Positions 28,090 to 38,877 of a stretch of 64,000 nt of DNA are shown here, in pieces (position 1 is the first letter of the stretch; every line of letters starts with the position of its first letter). The position numbers were made by a program, and so were the translations under genes. This stretch comes from an uncultured Chloroflexia bacterium (lineage in GTDB: Bacteria > Chloroflexota > Limnocylindria > Limnocylindrales > CSP1-4), in assembly GCA_963719285.1 (NCBI GenBank), contig CAVRBO010000004.1, positions 95,103 to 159,102 of the forward strand, written 5' to 3'. Below the pieces are notes generated by a model. That model made no database searches. It worked only from the letters and a program-made list of their open reading frames with translations, and was not told the origin of the DNA.

Positions 28090-30325
28090 GGAGGCCCTCG
28101 GGGTCGTAGAAGGGCGTCGCGGCGACCGTGGCTTCGCGGCCCTCGATCTCGACCACGTCCGGGAACGGCGTTCGCTTGAGCCAGCCGAGCATCACCGCGT
28201 GACCCAGGAGCGGGGAGGTCCAGCTCCCCGTGACGTGCCCCACGATCTCACCGCCGGACCAGATCGGGCTCCCCTCGGTGGGTGCCGGGCCGGCCATCGT
28301 GAAGCCGGTGAGGCGGCGATGGTCCGGGAGCGGCGCCGTTCGGGCGAGCGACGGCTTGCCGATGAAGTACGGCTTGTCCATCCGGACCGCCCAGTCCATG
28401 CGCAGCCGGCGGGGCGTCGAATCGAGCTCCGTGTCCATGCCCACGATCACGTGGCCCTTCTCGAGCCGCAGGCCGAACAGCGCCTGCAGGCCGTGCGGCT
28501 TGATCCCCAGCTCGGCACCGCGGGCCATGAGCGCCCGCCACAACTCGACGGATCGGTCGAGCGCGTGATGCAGCTCGAACGCGGCCTCGCCGGTGAAGCT
28601 CAGGCGCATGACGTGACAGGGCACGCCGGCCACGTCGGCGTGGACGTGGCCGAGGAAGCGGGGAGGGTCGGCGAGTCCGGCCCGCCGGAGGAGCTCCCCG
28701 GCGAACGGCCCCGTCACGTTGATCGCGGCGAGCGACATCGTCCGGTCGAGCACGTGGACGCGGAGGCCCCAGACCTCGATCCAGTCGCGCACCCACATCT
28801 CGGCGTTGGCCGCGCCGCCCGACGTGAACGTGAGCACGAACCGGGTCTCGGATTCGCGCAGGATCATCCCGTCGTCGATGACGTGCCCGCGCTCGTTGAG
28901 CAGGAGCGCGTAGCGTGACCGGCCGGGCTTGATGTCCGCGACGTTGCAGGGGTAGAGGCGCTCCAGGAACTCCACGACGTCGGGTCCGGACACGATCAGC
29001 TTGCCGAGCGTGCTCACGTCGCCGATCGACACCGCCTCGCGGACCGCCCAGTACTCGGCGATCGGGTCGCCGTAGTGCCACGGCCGCCACCAGCCACCGA
29101 ACCGGTCCATCCGCGCGCCGAGGGCCAGGTGCTCCTCGTGGAGGGGCGTCCGCCGGAATGCGTCGATGTGCGTGTCGGCGGCGGCCTCCGCGAGCGTGAT
29201 CTGGCGCGACGCGGGACGGGCCGTGAACGGGGCGGGGGCCTCGCCCGTCCGTTCGGCGATCCAGGATCGGATGTGGGGCAGGCAGGCGCCGCCCTGACAC
29301 GTGCCGATGCCGGCCAGGCTCGCGCGCTTGAGCAGGTCAAGGTCCTGGAAACCCTTGTCCCAGGACATCCGCAGGTCGGCCACGGTCGTGCCCGAGCACG
29401 GGCAGACGACGCCGTCGGAGGGCGCGGGCGGGAGTGGAGCGTCGATGGCCGCGGATCCGGTGACCGTGACCTCGTCCGGACGACCCATCCGGGCCAGCAG
29501 GTCCCGGGGGGCCCGGCCGAGGCCCAGGATGACCGCTCCGCACGGCGTCGTCGTCTCCGCCCCGGCATCATCGGCCGTCACGACGGCCCGGACGTGCCCG
29601 CGATCGTCGCCCTCGAACCGCACGAGCCGGCCGCCCAGCTGGATGCACGGGACGCCGGCCGGAGGCGTGCCGACGGCCGCCACGGTGTCCGCGGCACCGA
29701 GACGCACGCCGGTGCCGTGCAGCCGCTCCGCGGCGCGCACCGTGAAGAGGCCGGCGAGCCCGTTGCCCGGGCAGACGGGGTGCAGATCCGCCGAGCCCGT
29801 AGCCACGACGATCTCCCCGGCCTGGACGTGGTGCATCCCGGCCGGCGTCCGGACGATGACCGTGCCACCGGGATAGATCGCCACGACCTCGTCGCCGCTG
29901 GCGGCGTCAAGCACGAGCGCGCTGCGACCGGTCGCCTCGGCGGAAGCCCGGGCCTCCAGCCCGCTGGCCCCGCCGCCGACGATCGCGACATCGACCTCGG
30001 TCCGCTGCACGGGGATCGCCCGCCCGCCGGGCGTCACGGTCAGATCGGGCCGGGCGACGACCGGCAGCGTCGGCAGCGCGTCCAGGGAATGGCGGCGGAC
30101 GACGAGGCCCGGCATGGCCGCGGTCTGGCAGGTCCGGACGTACGCGACCCCATCGACCTGGGCGACGCAGTTGCCGCAGTCACCGGCCAGGCACAGCGTT
30201 CCGCCGCGGGCCGGATGCTCGCCCACCCGCAGGAGGGCGATGGCCACCGAGTCGCCGGCCTCGTACGGGACCGGCCGATCGTCGACGACGAACCGCCGGG
30301 CGGTGCCGCTCGCGACCTCGGTCAC
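28076..30325 (-). CDS. Sarcosine oxidase alpha-like protein (2Fe-2S, FAD, BFD-like, aminomethyltransferase domains)
   Basis: CLAGDCGNC, VGGGASG, CPCSG...GTCQGGAC, FTARP, RRTPLHEEH, DVSTLGK, LRLEKGH, PFYDPEG. Confidence 0.85.
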   Translation of the reverse strand: MTEVASGTARRFVVDDRPVPYEAGDSVAIALLRVGEHPARGGTLCLAGDCGNCVAQVDGVAYVRTCQTAAMPGLVVRRHSLDALPTLPVVARPDLTVTPGGRAIPVQRTEVDVAIVGGGASGLEARASAEATGRSALVLDAASGDEVVAIYPGGTVIVRTPAGMHHVQAGEIVVATGSADLHPVCPGNGLAGLFTVRAAERLHGTGVRLGAADTVAAVGTPPAGVPCIQLGGRLVRFEGDDRGHVRAVVTADDAGAETTTPCGAVILGLGRAPRDLLARMGRPDEVTVTGSAAIDAPLPPAPSDGVVCPCSGTTVADLRMSWDKGFQDLDLLKRASLAGIGTCQGGACLPHIRSWIAERTGEAPAPFTARPASRQITLAEAAADTHIDAFRRTPLHEEHLALGARMDRFGGWWRPWHYGDPIAEYWAVREAVSIGDVSTLGKLIVSGPDVVEFLERLYPCNVADIKPGRSRYALLLNERGHVIDDGMILRESETRFVLTFTSGGAANAEMWVRDWIEVWGLRVHVLDRTMSLAAINVTGPFAGELLRRAGLADPPRFLGHVHADVAGVPCHVMRLSFTGEAAFELHHALDRSVELWRALMARGAELGIKPHGLQALFGLRLEKGHVIVGMDTELDSTPRRLRMDWAVRMDKPYFIGKPSLARTAPLPDHRRLTGFTMAGPAPTEGSPIWSGGEIVGHVTGSWTSPLLGHAVMLGWLKRTPFPDVVEIEGREATVAATPFYDPEGLRARA

Positions 30326-32777
30326 TGGCGCATCCTGCTGCCGTCGGGATCGAAGATCGGGGTCGGCTGGATGCGGGCCGGGCGGCGCCGGCCGACGACC
30401 TCGATCTCGAACGCGCCCCGGTCCGCGACGTGGGTCAGGGCCGTCGGCACGTAGCCGAGCGCGAGCGACGCCTTGCTGTAGTGGGCGTACCCGCCGGACG
30501 TGACCCAGCCGACGACCTCGCCGTCGTACCAGATGGGCTCGTCGCCGATCACGTCGGCCGGCTCGTCCGGATCCGGATCGAGGACGAGGGTCACGAGGCG
30601 TCGGGTCGGACCGGTCACCATCTCGGCCTCGTGGGCCTCCCGCCCGATGAACGCATGGTCGAGCCTGATGTAGTGGGTGACCCCGGCCTCGACGGGCGTG
30701 TAGATCGGCCGGTACTCCCGGAACCAGGTCCCGAAGCTCTTCTCGAGCCTGAGTGACATCAGCGCGCGGAAGCCGAACAGCCGGATCCCGAACTCCTCGC
30801 CGGCGGCCATCAGCAGGTCGAACAGCGTCCGCTCGTACTCGGGGGCGACCCAGATCTCGTAGCCCAGGTCCCCCGAGTAGGTGAGCCGGCCGACCCGGGC
30901 CGGGATCATCCCGACGTCGATCTGGCGGAAGTCCATGAACCGGAACGCGCTCGTCGCGAGGTCCGTGTCGGTCACCTTCTGGAGGACGTCGCGCGCGTGC
31001 GGCCCGGCGAGCGAGAGGCCGACGAGGCTCAGCCCCAGGGTCTCGAAGCGCACGCTCCCGTCGGCCGGCAGGTGGTGGAGGAACCAGCGGCTGTGGTGGG
31101 TCTCGGCCGCCTGCGACCCGAACAGGAAGAACTCCTCCTCCCCGGCCCGGGCCACCGTGAACTCCCCGACGATCCGGCCCTGGTCGTTGAGCATCGCGGT
31201 CAGGACGATCCGCCCGATCGCCGGCATCCGGTTCGTGAGCAGGCTGAGCAGCCAGGCGGCGGCGCCCGGCCCGGTGACCCGGTACTTGGCGAAGTTCGCG
31301 ATCTCGGTCAGGCCCACCCGCTCGCGGACCGCCAGGCACTCCGCGGCGACCTGGTCCCATGCGTTCGAGCGGTGGAACGTCACCTCCTCGATCGGCTCCT
31401 TGCCCGGCTCCTGGAACCACAGCGCGTGCTCCAGGCCGTAGGACGCACCCCAGACCGCGTTCGCCGCCGTCAGGCGGTCGTAGATCGGGGTCGTGTGGAG
31501 CGGCCGGGCGGCCGGCAGCTCCTCGTTCGGGAACGTGATCCGGAAGCGGCGCGAGTAGTTCTCGCGGACCTTGGCGTTCGTGTAGGCGAGGGTGGCGTAG
31601 TCGCCGTAGCGGGCCACGTCCATCGCCCAGATATCCATGCCCGAATCGCCGTGGTCGCCCTGGGTCATCCACGTCGCGAGCGCGAGACCGACGCCGCCGC
31701 CCTGCGACAGGCCGGCCATGACCGCGCAGGCGACCCAGTAGTTCCGGATCCCGCGGACCGGACCGACGAGCGGATTCCCATCGGGTGAGAAGGTGAACGG
31801 GCCGTTGACGGTCCGCCGGATGCCGATGTCGCCCATCGCCGGGAAGTGCTTGTAGGCGACCTGGAGCTCGGGCGCGATCCGCTCGACGTCGGGCTTGAGG
31901 AGCTGGGCCCCGAAGTCCCACGGGGTCTCCTTCGGGGACCACGGCACGGGCTTCTGCTCGTACGTGCCCAGGAGCATCCCGCCGCCCTCCTGGCGGATGT
32001 AGATCTCGCCGGCGAAGTCGAGCGCCATCGGCATCTCCTTGCCGGTCCGAGCGCGGTTCGCGGCGACCTCGGGCATGTCGTCGGTCACGAGGTAGTGGTG
32101 CTCCATCGCGAGGACCGGGAGCTCGATGCCGACCATCCGGCCGACCTCGCGGGCCCACAGGCCGCCCGCGTTGACGACGTGCTCGGCGTGGACGGTCGCG
32201 CCGCCCTCGATCTCGACGGTCCACGTGCCGTCCGGGCGCTGGCTGAGCCCCGTGACCCAGGTGTTGCGATGGACCTCCGCGCCGGCCTTGCGGGCACAGA
32301 TGACGTAGGCCTGGGTGACGCCGGACGGGTCCACGTGCCCCTCGACCGGGTCGTACAACGCGCCGACGAAGTAGCTGACGGGTCGAGGAGGGGGAAGAGG
32401 TCCTGGGCTTCTTTCGGACTGATCAGCTCCAGTTCCATCCCGAGATAGCGTCCGCGCGCCTGGGCCATCCGCAGGAAATCCATCCGCACGTTCGTGTCGG
32501 CGAGCATCAGGCCGCCGGGCAGGTGGATCGAACAATCCTGGCCGGAGACCCGCTCGATCTCCTCGTACAGCTGGATCGTGTACTGCTGGAGCTTGGAGAC
32601 GTTGGGGTCGCCGTTGAGGGTGTGCATCCCGCCGGCCGCGTGCCAGGTCGAGCCGGAGCTGAGCTCGCGCCGCTCGAGCAGCATGACGTCCGTCCAGCCG
32701 GCCTTCGTGAGGTGGTAGAGCACGCTGGCCCCGACCACGCCCCCACCGATGACCACGACCTGGGCGGACGACTTCAC
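30322..32777 (-). CDS. GcvT-family FAD oxidoreductase, dimethylglycine dehydrogenase-like (frameshift near 32378)
   Basis: VIGGGVVG, GSTWHAAG, NGPFTFSPDG, LRLEK, PIFDPDG; the two ORFs join at PLLDP/SYFVG. Confidence 0.88.
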
Positions 32778-32864
32778 AGGGCTTCCTCGCGCATCATCTG
32801 TGCCACTTCTGCGTCGTCCGCCAGTCTACGGGCGGAGCGCCGGGGACCGCCGGGAACGAGCCGC

Positions 32865-32952
32865 GGCCGGGTGCCCGCCCCGCCGCAGCCAGGTGCCCGC
32901 CCCGCCGCGGCCAGGTGCCCGCCCCGCCGCAGCCAGGTGCCCGCCCCGCCGC
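32865..32952. repeat. Tandem repeat 4 x 22 bp
   Basis: (g/a)gcc(a/g)ggtgcccgccccgccgc four times head to tail. Confidence 0.9.
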
Positions 32953-33217
32953 GCATCGGGCCATCAACTGCCCTCGAAACGGCCAGATTCAAGCCACGCG
33001 ATCTTGAGGCAGGTTTGCGCGGCCCGACAGCCCGTCGTCGACACCCGTCCACGCACGATCCGTGCTCGAAGGAGCCTGCCTGGCACCCGATCCGGTCCCG
33101 GGAGACGGCCCCGAGCTCTCCTGAGTTGCAACTGGCCATCTGGCGGCGGCAGCCCCGCCGCCGCTGGCGTGGCTCGCGCTTTGTGCGATGGGGCTGCCCG
33201 CAGCCGGCCGGACGCAG

Positions 33218-33319
33218 GTCGCGCAGCTCCCCCCGGCGCATCCGCCCGCCCGGCGCGTGCGCCCGCCCGTCGCGCAGCTCCCCCCGGCGCATCCGCCCGC
33301 CCGGTGCGTGCACCCGCCC
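33218..33319. repeat. Tandem repeat 2 x 51 bp
   Basis: gtcgcgcagctccccccggcgcatccgcccgcccgg(c/t)gcgtgc(g/a)cccgccc twice. Confidence 0.9.
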
Positions 33320-33347
33320 GGCGCCCGCGCCCGCGCGCTCGCTGCCC

Positions 33348-34911
33348 TCAGTAGTCCGTCGGGACCCCGCCCTCGGCCTTGCGCCGGGCGACGAACGCGG
33401 CGAGCTCCTCGGCGACCGTCGGATCGATGGGCGGCGGCTCGTAGGCCGCGAGCAGTTCCTTGTAGATGTGGTTGGCCTTGCCCGCGGCCTCCGGAGACCC
33501 GGCCTCCTGCCACGACTCGTAGTTCCGCCAGTCCGAGATCATCGGCTTGTGGAACGCCGTCCGGAAGCGCGATTGGGTGTGGGCCGCGCCGAAGAAGTGG
33601 CCGCCGGGACCCACCTCGCGCATCGCGTCCAACGCCATGTTCTCGTCGTCCACGACGATCGGGTCGAGGAACGCCGCGACCATCTGGAGCAGCTCGGCGT
33701 CGATGATCATCTTCTCGAACCCGGCGTGGAGGCCGCCCTCCATCCAACCGGCGCCGTGCATCATCAGGTTGACCCCGCCCATCACCGCGCCCCACAGCGC
33801 GAAGACCGACTCGTACGCCGCCTGCGCGTCCAGGGCGTTCGAGGCGTTCACGTTCGACGAGCGGTATGGCAACCCATAGCGCCGGGCGAGCTGGCCGCCG
33901 GCCATCGCCGTGCGCATGTACTCGGGCGTGCCGAACGCCGGCGCCCCGGACTGCATGTCCACGTTCGAGGTGAACCCGCCGTACACGACCGGCGCGCCGG
34001 GCCGGACGACCTGGGTCAGGGTGATCCCCGCGAGCGCCTCGGCGTTCTGCTCCACGAGCGCACCGGCCAGGGTGACCGGGGCCATCGCCCCGGCCAGCGT
34101 GAACGGGGTCATCACGATGACCTGGTTGCGGGCCGAGTAGGCCAGGATCCCCTGGAGCATCGGCAGGTCGAGCCGCAGGGGCGAGCTCGAGTTGATGACC
34201 GTGAAGATCGACGGCTCGCGGTCCAGCGTGGCCTCGTCGATCCCGCGCCGGATCCGGGCCATCTCGAGCGCGTCCAGGTTCCGTTGACGGCCGAGGCTGT
34301 ACGCGTGGAGTGGCTTGTCGGCGAGCGTGAGGATGTCGTAGATCGCGTCCAGGTGGCGGATCGACGGGTGGATGTCGATCGGCTCGACCGGGTAGCCCGA
34401 GAAGAAGTGGACCGCGTTGAGCATGTGTCCAAGACGGATGAAGTTCTGGTAGTCGGCGTGGTTGCCGACCCGTCGGCCGCCGTCCATGTCGAACGAGTTG
34501 GGCGCGCTGGCCACGGACCCGAACGCCATCCAGTCGCCGCCGATCTGGAGATCGTGAGCTGGGTTCGGGGCATGGAGCGTGAACTGCGAGGGCGCGGTCC
34601 TGATCCGTTCCGTGACCATCCCGCGGTCGAACCGGACGCGCTGCGTGCCCGGTTCCACCTTGGCCCCGGCAGCCGGCCAGGACGTCACGTGCCTCCGGGT
34701 CGAGGAAGTCCATCCCGATCTCCTCGAGGACGTCGAGCGACGCCTCGTGGATGGACTCGATCTCGTCGGCCGAGATGACCTCGGTGGGCGTGTAGCGCAT
34801 CCGCGGCTGGGCCCACGGCCGCTGCTGGGGTAGCCGGCTCCGTTCTCCGTCGCCGCGCGGACCGATCGTCCGCCGCCTCGTGTTGCCGCCGCGCTCGGCT
34901 ATCTCGGACAT
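33348..34911 (-). CDS. Trimethylamine methyltransferase family protein, non-pyrrolysine MttB/MtgB-like (frameshift near 34673)
   Basis: IHEASLDVLEEIG, NSSSPLRLD, PFTLAGAMAPVTLAGALVEQNAEALAG, SGAPAFGTPE, HGAGWMEGGL, EVGPGGHF; no in-frame amber codon. Confidence 0.9.
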
Positions 34912-34924
34912 AGGTGGGAGGCGC

Positions 34925-36466
34925 TCACTTTCCCGACAGGTCGATCCAGGTCGTCTTGAGCTGCGTGTAGCCGTCCAGCCCGTGGAGCGACTTGTCGCGC
35001 CCGAATCCCGACTGCTTGAAGCCGCCGAAGGGGACCGTGTGATCGGCGCTGTCGAAGGTGTTCACCCAGACCGTACCAGCCCGGAGCCGCTTGGCGATCC
35101 GATGGGCCCTGTTGATGTCGCGGGTCCACACCGCCGCCGCGAGCCCGTAGGGCGAATCGTTGGCCGCGCGGACGGCCTCGGCCTCGTCGGCGACATCGAT
35201 GACCGTCAGGACCGGCCCGAAGATCTCCTCACGCGCGACGCGCATCTCATTGCGCACGGCGCCCAGGATCGTGGGCTCCACGTAGAAGCCGCCGGTCTCC
35301 TCGCGGACGCGCTCGCCCCCGAGCTCCAGGCGGCCACCTTCCTCCTGGCCGAGGGCGATGTAGCCGAGCACCTTGTCCATCTGGGTCGCGTCCACCATCG
35401 CCCCGAGGCGCGTCTTCGGGTCGAGCGGGTCGCCCGGCGCGAGCTTCCGCCCGAGCGCGCCGATCTTATCGACGAGCTCATCGCGCACGTCGCGGGCCAC
35501 GATGAGGCGCGAACCTGCGTTGCAGGTCTGGCCGCTGTTGTAGAAGATCCCCCAGCCGATGGCCGAGGCCGCCGCGTCGAGGTCGGCGACGTCGGCGAGC
35601 ACGACCTGCGGGCTCTTGCCGCCGAGTTCGAGGCTGATCCCCTTCACGTCGGTCTCGCCGATGTCTCGCAGGAGCGACTTGCCGACCGTCGTGGAGCCGG
35701 TGAACGCGACCTTGTCGACGCCGGGATGGCGGGCGAGCGCCCGCCCGATGACCGAGCCCGGACCGGGCACGACGTTGAGGACGCCGGCGGGGATCCCCGC
35801 CTCGAGGGCGAGCTCGCCCAGGCGGATCGCGGACAGCGGCGACTGCGACGCCGGCTTCAGGACGACCGTGTTGCCGGCCGCCAGGGCCGCCCCGATCTTC
35901 CACGCCGTGATGATGAGCGGGTAGTTCCAGGGCACGATCGTCGCGACGACCCCGATCGGTTCGCGTGTCACGAGCGACAGCGTGTCCGGGCCGGTCGGAC
36001 CCACCTCGCCGTAGAGCTTGTCGATCGCCTCCGCATACCACTGGATGACGTCGGGCGGCTTGGCGGCGTCCACCCGAAGCGTGTCGCGGATGGGCTTGCC
36101 GCAGTCGAGCGCCTCCACCAGGGCCAGGTACTCGAGGTCGCCCCGCATCAGTTCGGCGAATTGGAGGAGCAGCCGCTTGCGATCCGTCGGCACGAGGTCC
36201 GACCAGCGTCCGTCGTCGAAGGCCGTGCGGGCCGCCCCCACCGCCCGGTCGACGTCCTCGTCGTCGCCCTCGGCGACCTGGGCGATCGTCGTGCCGTCGC
36301 GGCCGGTCACATCGGGATAGGTCCGCCCGGAGGCCGACGGCACGGTCCGTCCGTCGATGACAGCCTGGGCGTGCGGGCGAAGGTCGCGAGCGCGGGCCGT
36401 CCAGTCGTCGAGCGTGAAGGCGTGCGGGTCTGCCGTGGCCGCGTCCGCACCCGCGTCCACCGTCAC
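34925..36466 (-). CDS. Aldehyde dehydrogenase (PuuC/betaine-aldehyde-like)
   Basis: IVPWNYP, FTGST, LELGGKSP, NSGQTC, EEIFGPV, PFGGFKQSG. Confidence 0.92.
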   Translation of the reverse strand: MTVDAGADAATADPHAFTLDDWTARARDLRPHAQAVIDGRTVPSASGRTYPDVTGRDGTTIAQVAEGDDEDVDRAVGAARTAFDDGRWSDLVPTDRKRLLLQFAELMRGDLEYLALVEALDCGKPIRDTLRVDAAKPPDVIQWYAEAIDKLYGEVGPTGPDTLSLVTREPIGVVATIVPWNYPLIITAWKIGAALAAGNTVVLKPASQSPLSAIRLGELALEAGIPAGVLNVVPGPGSVIGRALARHPGVDKVAFTGSTTVGKSLLRDIGETDVKGISLELGGKSPQVVLADVADLDAAASAIGWGIFYNSGQTCNAGSRLIVARDVRDELVDKIGALGRKLAPGDPLDPKTRLGAMVDATQMDKVLGYIALGQEEGGRLELGGERVREETGGFYVEPTILGAVRNEMRVAREEIFGPVLTVIDVADEAEAVRAANDSPYGLAAAVWTRDINRAHRIAKRLRAGTVWVNTFDSADHTVPFGGFKQSGFGRDKSLHGLDGYTQLKTTWIDLSGK

Positions 36467-37569
36467 GCCGCGAACCGCTTCACGGCGACTTCGTCGAGCA
36501 CGATCCCGAGGCCCGGCCGGTCCGGCACGCGGAGGATGCCGTCCGGGCCCGGTCGAAGCGGCTCGGCGAGCATGAAGTCGCGTCGCTCGGGCGTCCAGCC
36601 GGGCGGGTCGTATGGGTACTCGAGGAACGGTCCGCCGCCCACGCCTGACGCCACGTGCAGGTTGGCCAGCACGCCGATCCCGTTGGTCCACGTGTGCGGG
36701 GTGAACCACCGGTTGCGGGCGAGGGCGAGCTCAGCGATCGTGCGAGCCCGGAGCATGCCCACGGCCAGCACGACATCGGGCTGGTAGACGTCGAGGGCGT
36801 CCGCATCCAGCGCGGCCAGGAACCCGGCCATCGTGCGGGTCATCTCGCCACCGGCGATGCGTACGCCGGTCGTCCGACGGAGGTCGACCAGGCCGCGCAG
36901 GTCGCCTTCGGCCAGCGGCTCCTCCAGCCACAGGACGTCCAGCTCGCGCAGCTCGGCGGCGATCGATCGCGCTGCGGCCGGATCAAGGCCCGGGGCGATG
37001 TCGCCGGGCATCCGCCAGCCCTGGTTCAGATCGACCATGATGTCCATCGAGGCGCCGATGGCCTCGCGCGTCGCCCGCACCGCGGCCAGCCCCTCGGCGA
37101 GCCGGTTCGGGTCGATCCGTATCTTCAGAGCCCGGAAGCCTTCGTCCCGGAGCCGGACGGCCGACTCCGCCCGGGCCACGGGGGCCCTGAGCTCGCCACA
37201 CGATGCGTACACCGGCAGTCCGTCTGTCGCGCCTCCGAACAGCGACGCCACGGGCAGCCCGGCGACCTGGCCGAAGAGGTCCCACAGCGCGGCCTCGAGC
37301 GGCCAGTAGCGGCCGGCATGGAACGCGATGGTCTCGAGCGACCGGACGTGACGGACGATCGAGAGTGGATCCTGCCCCACGAACAGGTGCTCGTACGCCG
37401 TGAATCCGTCCATCGTGTCGCCCGAACCGATCCCCACCACGCCGGCATCCGTCTCGACCCGGACGATCGTCGCGCCGAACGTGCGCCGGGGCACGGGGTC
37501 CCAGGCGGCCGCGAACGCGGGCTCGAGCGGCAGCGTGAGCCGGTCGAGCCGGATCCCGGTGATGCGCAT
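36463..37569 (-). CDS. Mandelate racemase/muconate lactonizing enzyme family protein
   Basis: VRVETDAGVVG, LKIR, VDLNQ, WLEEP, AGGE, QPD, TPHTW. Confidence 0.9.
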   Translation of the reverse strand: MRITGIRLDRLTLPLEPAFAAAWDPVPRRTFGATIVRVETDAGVVGIGSGDTMDGFTAYEHLFVGQDPLSIVRHVRSLETIAFHAGRYWPLEAALWDLFGQVAGLPVASLFGGATDGLPVYASCGELRAPVARAESAVRLRDEGFRALKIRIDPNRLAEGLAAVRATREAIGASMDIMVDLNQGWRMPGDIAPGLDPAAARSIAAELRELDVLWLEEPLAEGDLRGLVDLRRTTGVRIAGGEMTRTMAGFLAALDADALDVYQPDVVLAVGMLRARTIAELALARNRWFTPHTWTNGIGVLANLHVASGVGGGPFLEYPYDPPGWTPERRDFMLAEPLRPGPDGILRVPDRPGLGIVLDEVAVKRFAA

Positions 37570-37659
37570 GGCCTACATGATGCATCGCGCGTCGGCCGTG
37601 GGGGTTGGACCACCCGCCGATTCCGGCTATCTTTCGCTTTCCGTTCGAGAGGAGCACGG

Positions 37660-38877
37660 ATGACCGCCCAGACGGCCCAGCCCGGCCACGCCGCGACCGT
37701 CGAATACGAACACGTGACGAAGTCGTACGACGCGGCGGCCGTGAAGAAAGGCGCCGGCGCCGTCAACGACCTCTCGCTGGCGATCCCGGCCGGCAAGATC
37801 TGCGTCCTGGTCGGGCCGTCCGGGTGCGGCAAGACGACCTCGCTCAAGATGGTCAACCGGCTCATCGAACCGACCAGCGGACGGATCCTCATCGACGGCG
37901 TCGACGCCGCGAGCAAGGACCCGACCGAGCTTCGGCGGGGGATCGGGTACGTCATCCAGCACGTCGGCCTGTTCCCGCACCAGACGATCGAGCAGAACGT
38001 CGGCACGGTCCCGCGCCTGCTCGGCTGGCCGGAGGCCCGCTGGAAGGCACGGTCCGAGGAGCTGCTCGCGACCGTCGGGCTCGACCCGGCCAAGTACGCC
38101 CGCCGCTTCCCGAGCCAGCTCTCCGGTGGTGAGCGCCAGCGCGTTGGCGTCGCCCGGGCGCTGGCGGCGGACCCGCCGATCATGCTCATGGACGAGCCCT
38201 TCGGGGCCGTCGATCCGATCGTCCGGGAGCGTCTCCAGAACGAGTTCCTGCGCCTCCAGGAGACCCTCGCCAAGACGATCCTGTTCGTGACCCACGACAT
38301 CGACGAGGCGATCAAGATCGGCGACCTCGTCGCGGTCATGCAGGCGGGCGGCAGGGTCGCCCAGTTCGCGCCGCCGGCCGAGATCCTGGCTCACCCCGCG
38401 TCGGAGTTCGTGGCCCGGTTCGTGGGCACGGACCGTGGCCTCAAGCGGCTGTCGCTCTTCCGGGTCGCGAGCCTGGAGCTCGTGTCCCCGACGCTGGCCA
38501 AGGTGGGCGATGATGCCGCCGGGGCACGAGGCCGCGCCGCGGCCGATCCGCTCGCGAGCGCGTTGCTCATCGACGATCAGCGGCGGCCGCTGGGCTGGCT
38601 GCTCGCCTCGGAGATGCCGTCGAGCGGGCCGCTCGGGCCCGAGCATACGGTCCCCGTGTCGCCGCTCCTGGACAGCCGGACGACGCTCAAGGACGCCCTG
38701 TCGCTGCTCCTCGGGAGCGACGTGCAGGCGGGCGTCGTCGTCGACCGGACCGGTGCGGTGCTCGGCCTCGTCACGGTCGCCCAGATCACCGACTGGGTCC
38801 ATGCGTCCGGCGACGCGGTCCCGGACGACCGGATCGATCTGCCTGACTCCGTCGAAGTGCCGGTGGCGACCGGCTGA
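37660..38877 (+). CDS. Osmoprotectant (betaine/choline) ABC transporter ATPase with CBS domains
   Basis: GPSGCGKTT, LRRGIGYVIQ, LSGGERQRVG, MDEPFGAVDP; GAGGAG SD. Confidence 0.92.
   Translation: MTAQTAQPGHAATVEYEHVTKSYDAAAVKKGAGAVNDLSLAIPAGKICVLVGPSGCGKTTSLKMVNRLIEPTSGRILIDGVDAASKDPTELRRGIGYVIQHVGLFPHQTIEQNVGTVPRLLGWPEARWKARSEELLATVGLDPAKYARRFPSQLSGGERQRVGVARALAADPPIMLMDEPFGAVDPIVRERLQNEFLRLQETLAKTILFVTHDIDEAIKIGDLVAVMQAGGRVAQFAPPAEILAHPASEFVARFVGTDRGLKRLSLFRVASLELVSPTLAKVGDDAAGARGRAAADPLASALLIDDQRRPLGWLLASEMPSSGPLGPEHTVPVSPLLDSRTTLKDALSLLLGSDVQAGVVVDRTGAVLGLVTVAQITDWVHASGDAVPDDRIDLPDSVEVPVATG

Noticed and set aside
28076-32224. 1382-aa ORF as a single protein
   Set aside because: Only the part from GTG 30325 is SoxA-like; the upstream part is an off-frame overlap with the DMG dehydrogenase gene.
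32865-32952. CRISPR or iteron array
   Set aside because: Head-to-tail repeats without spacers, and no rep or cas gene.
33348-34911. Pyrrolysine recoding in MttB
   Set aside because: No in-frame TAG and no pyl genes; the break is a frameshift near the N-terminus.
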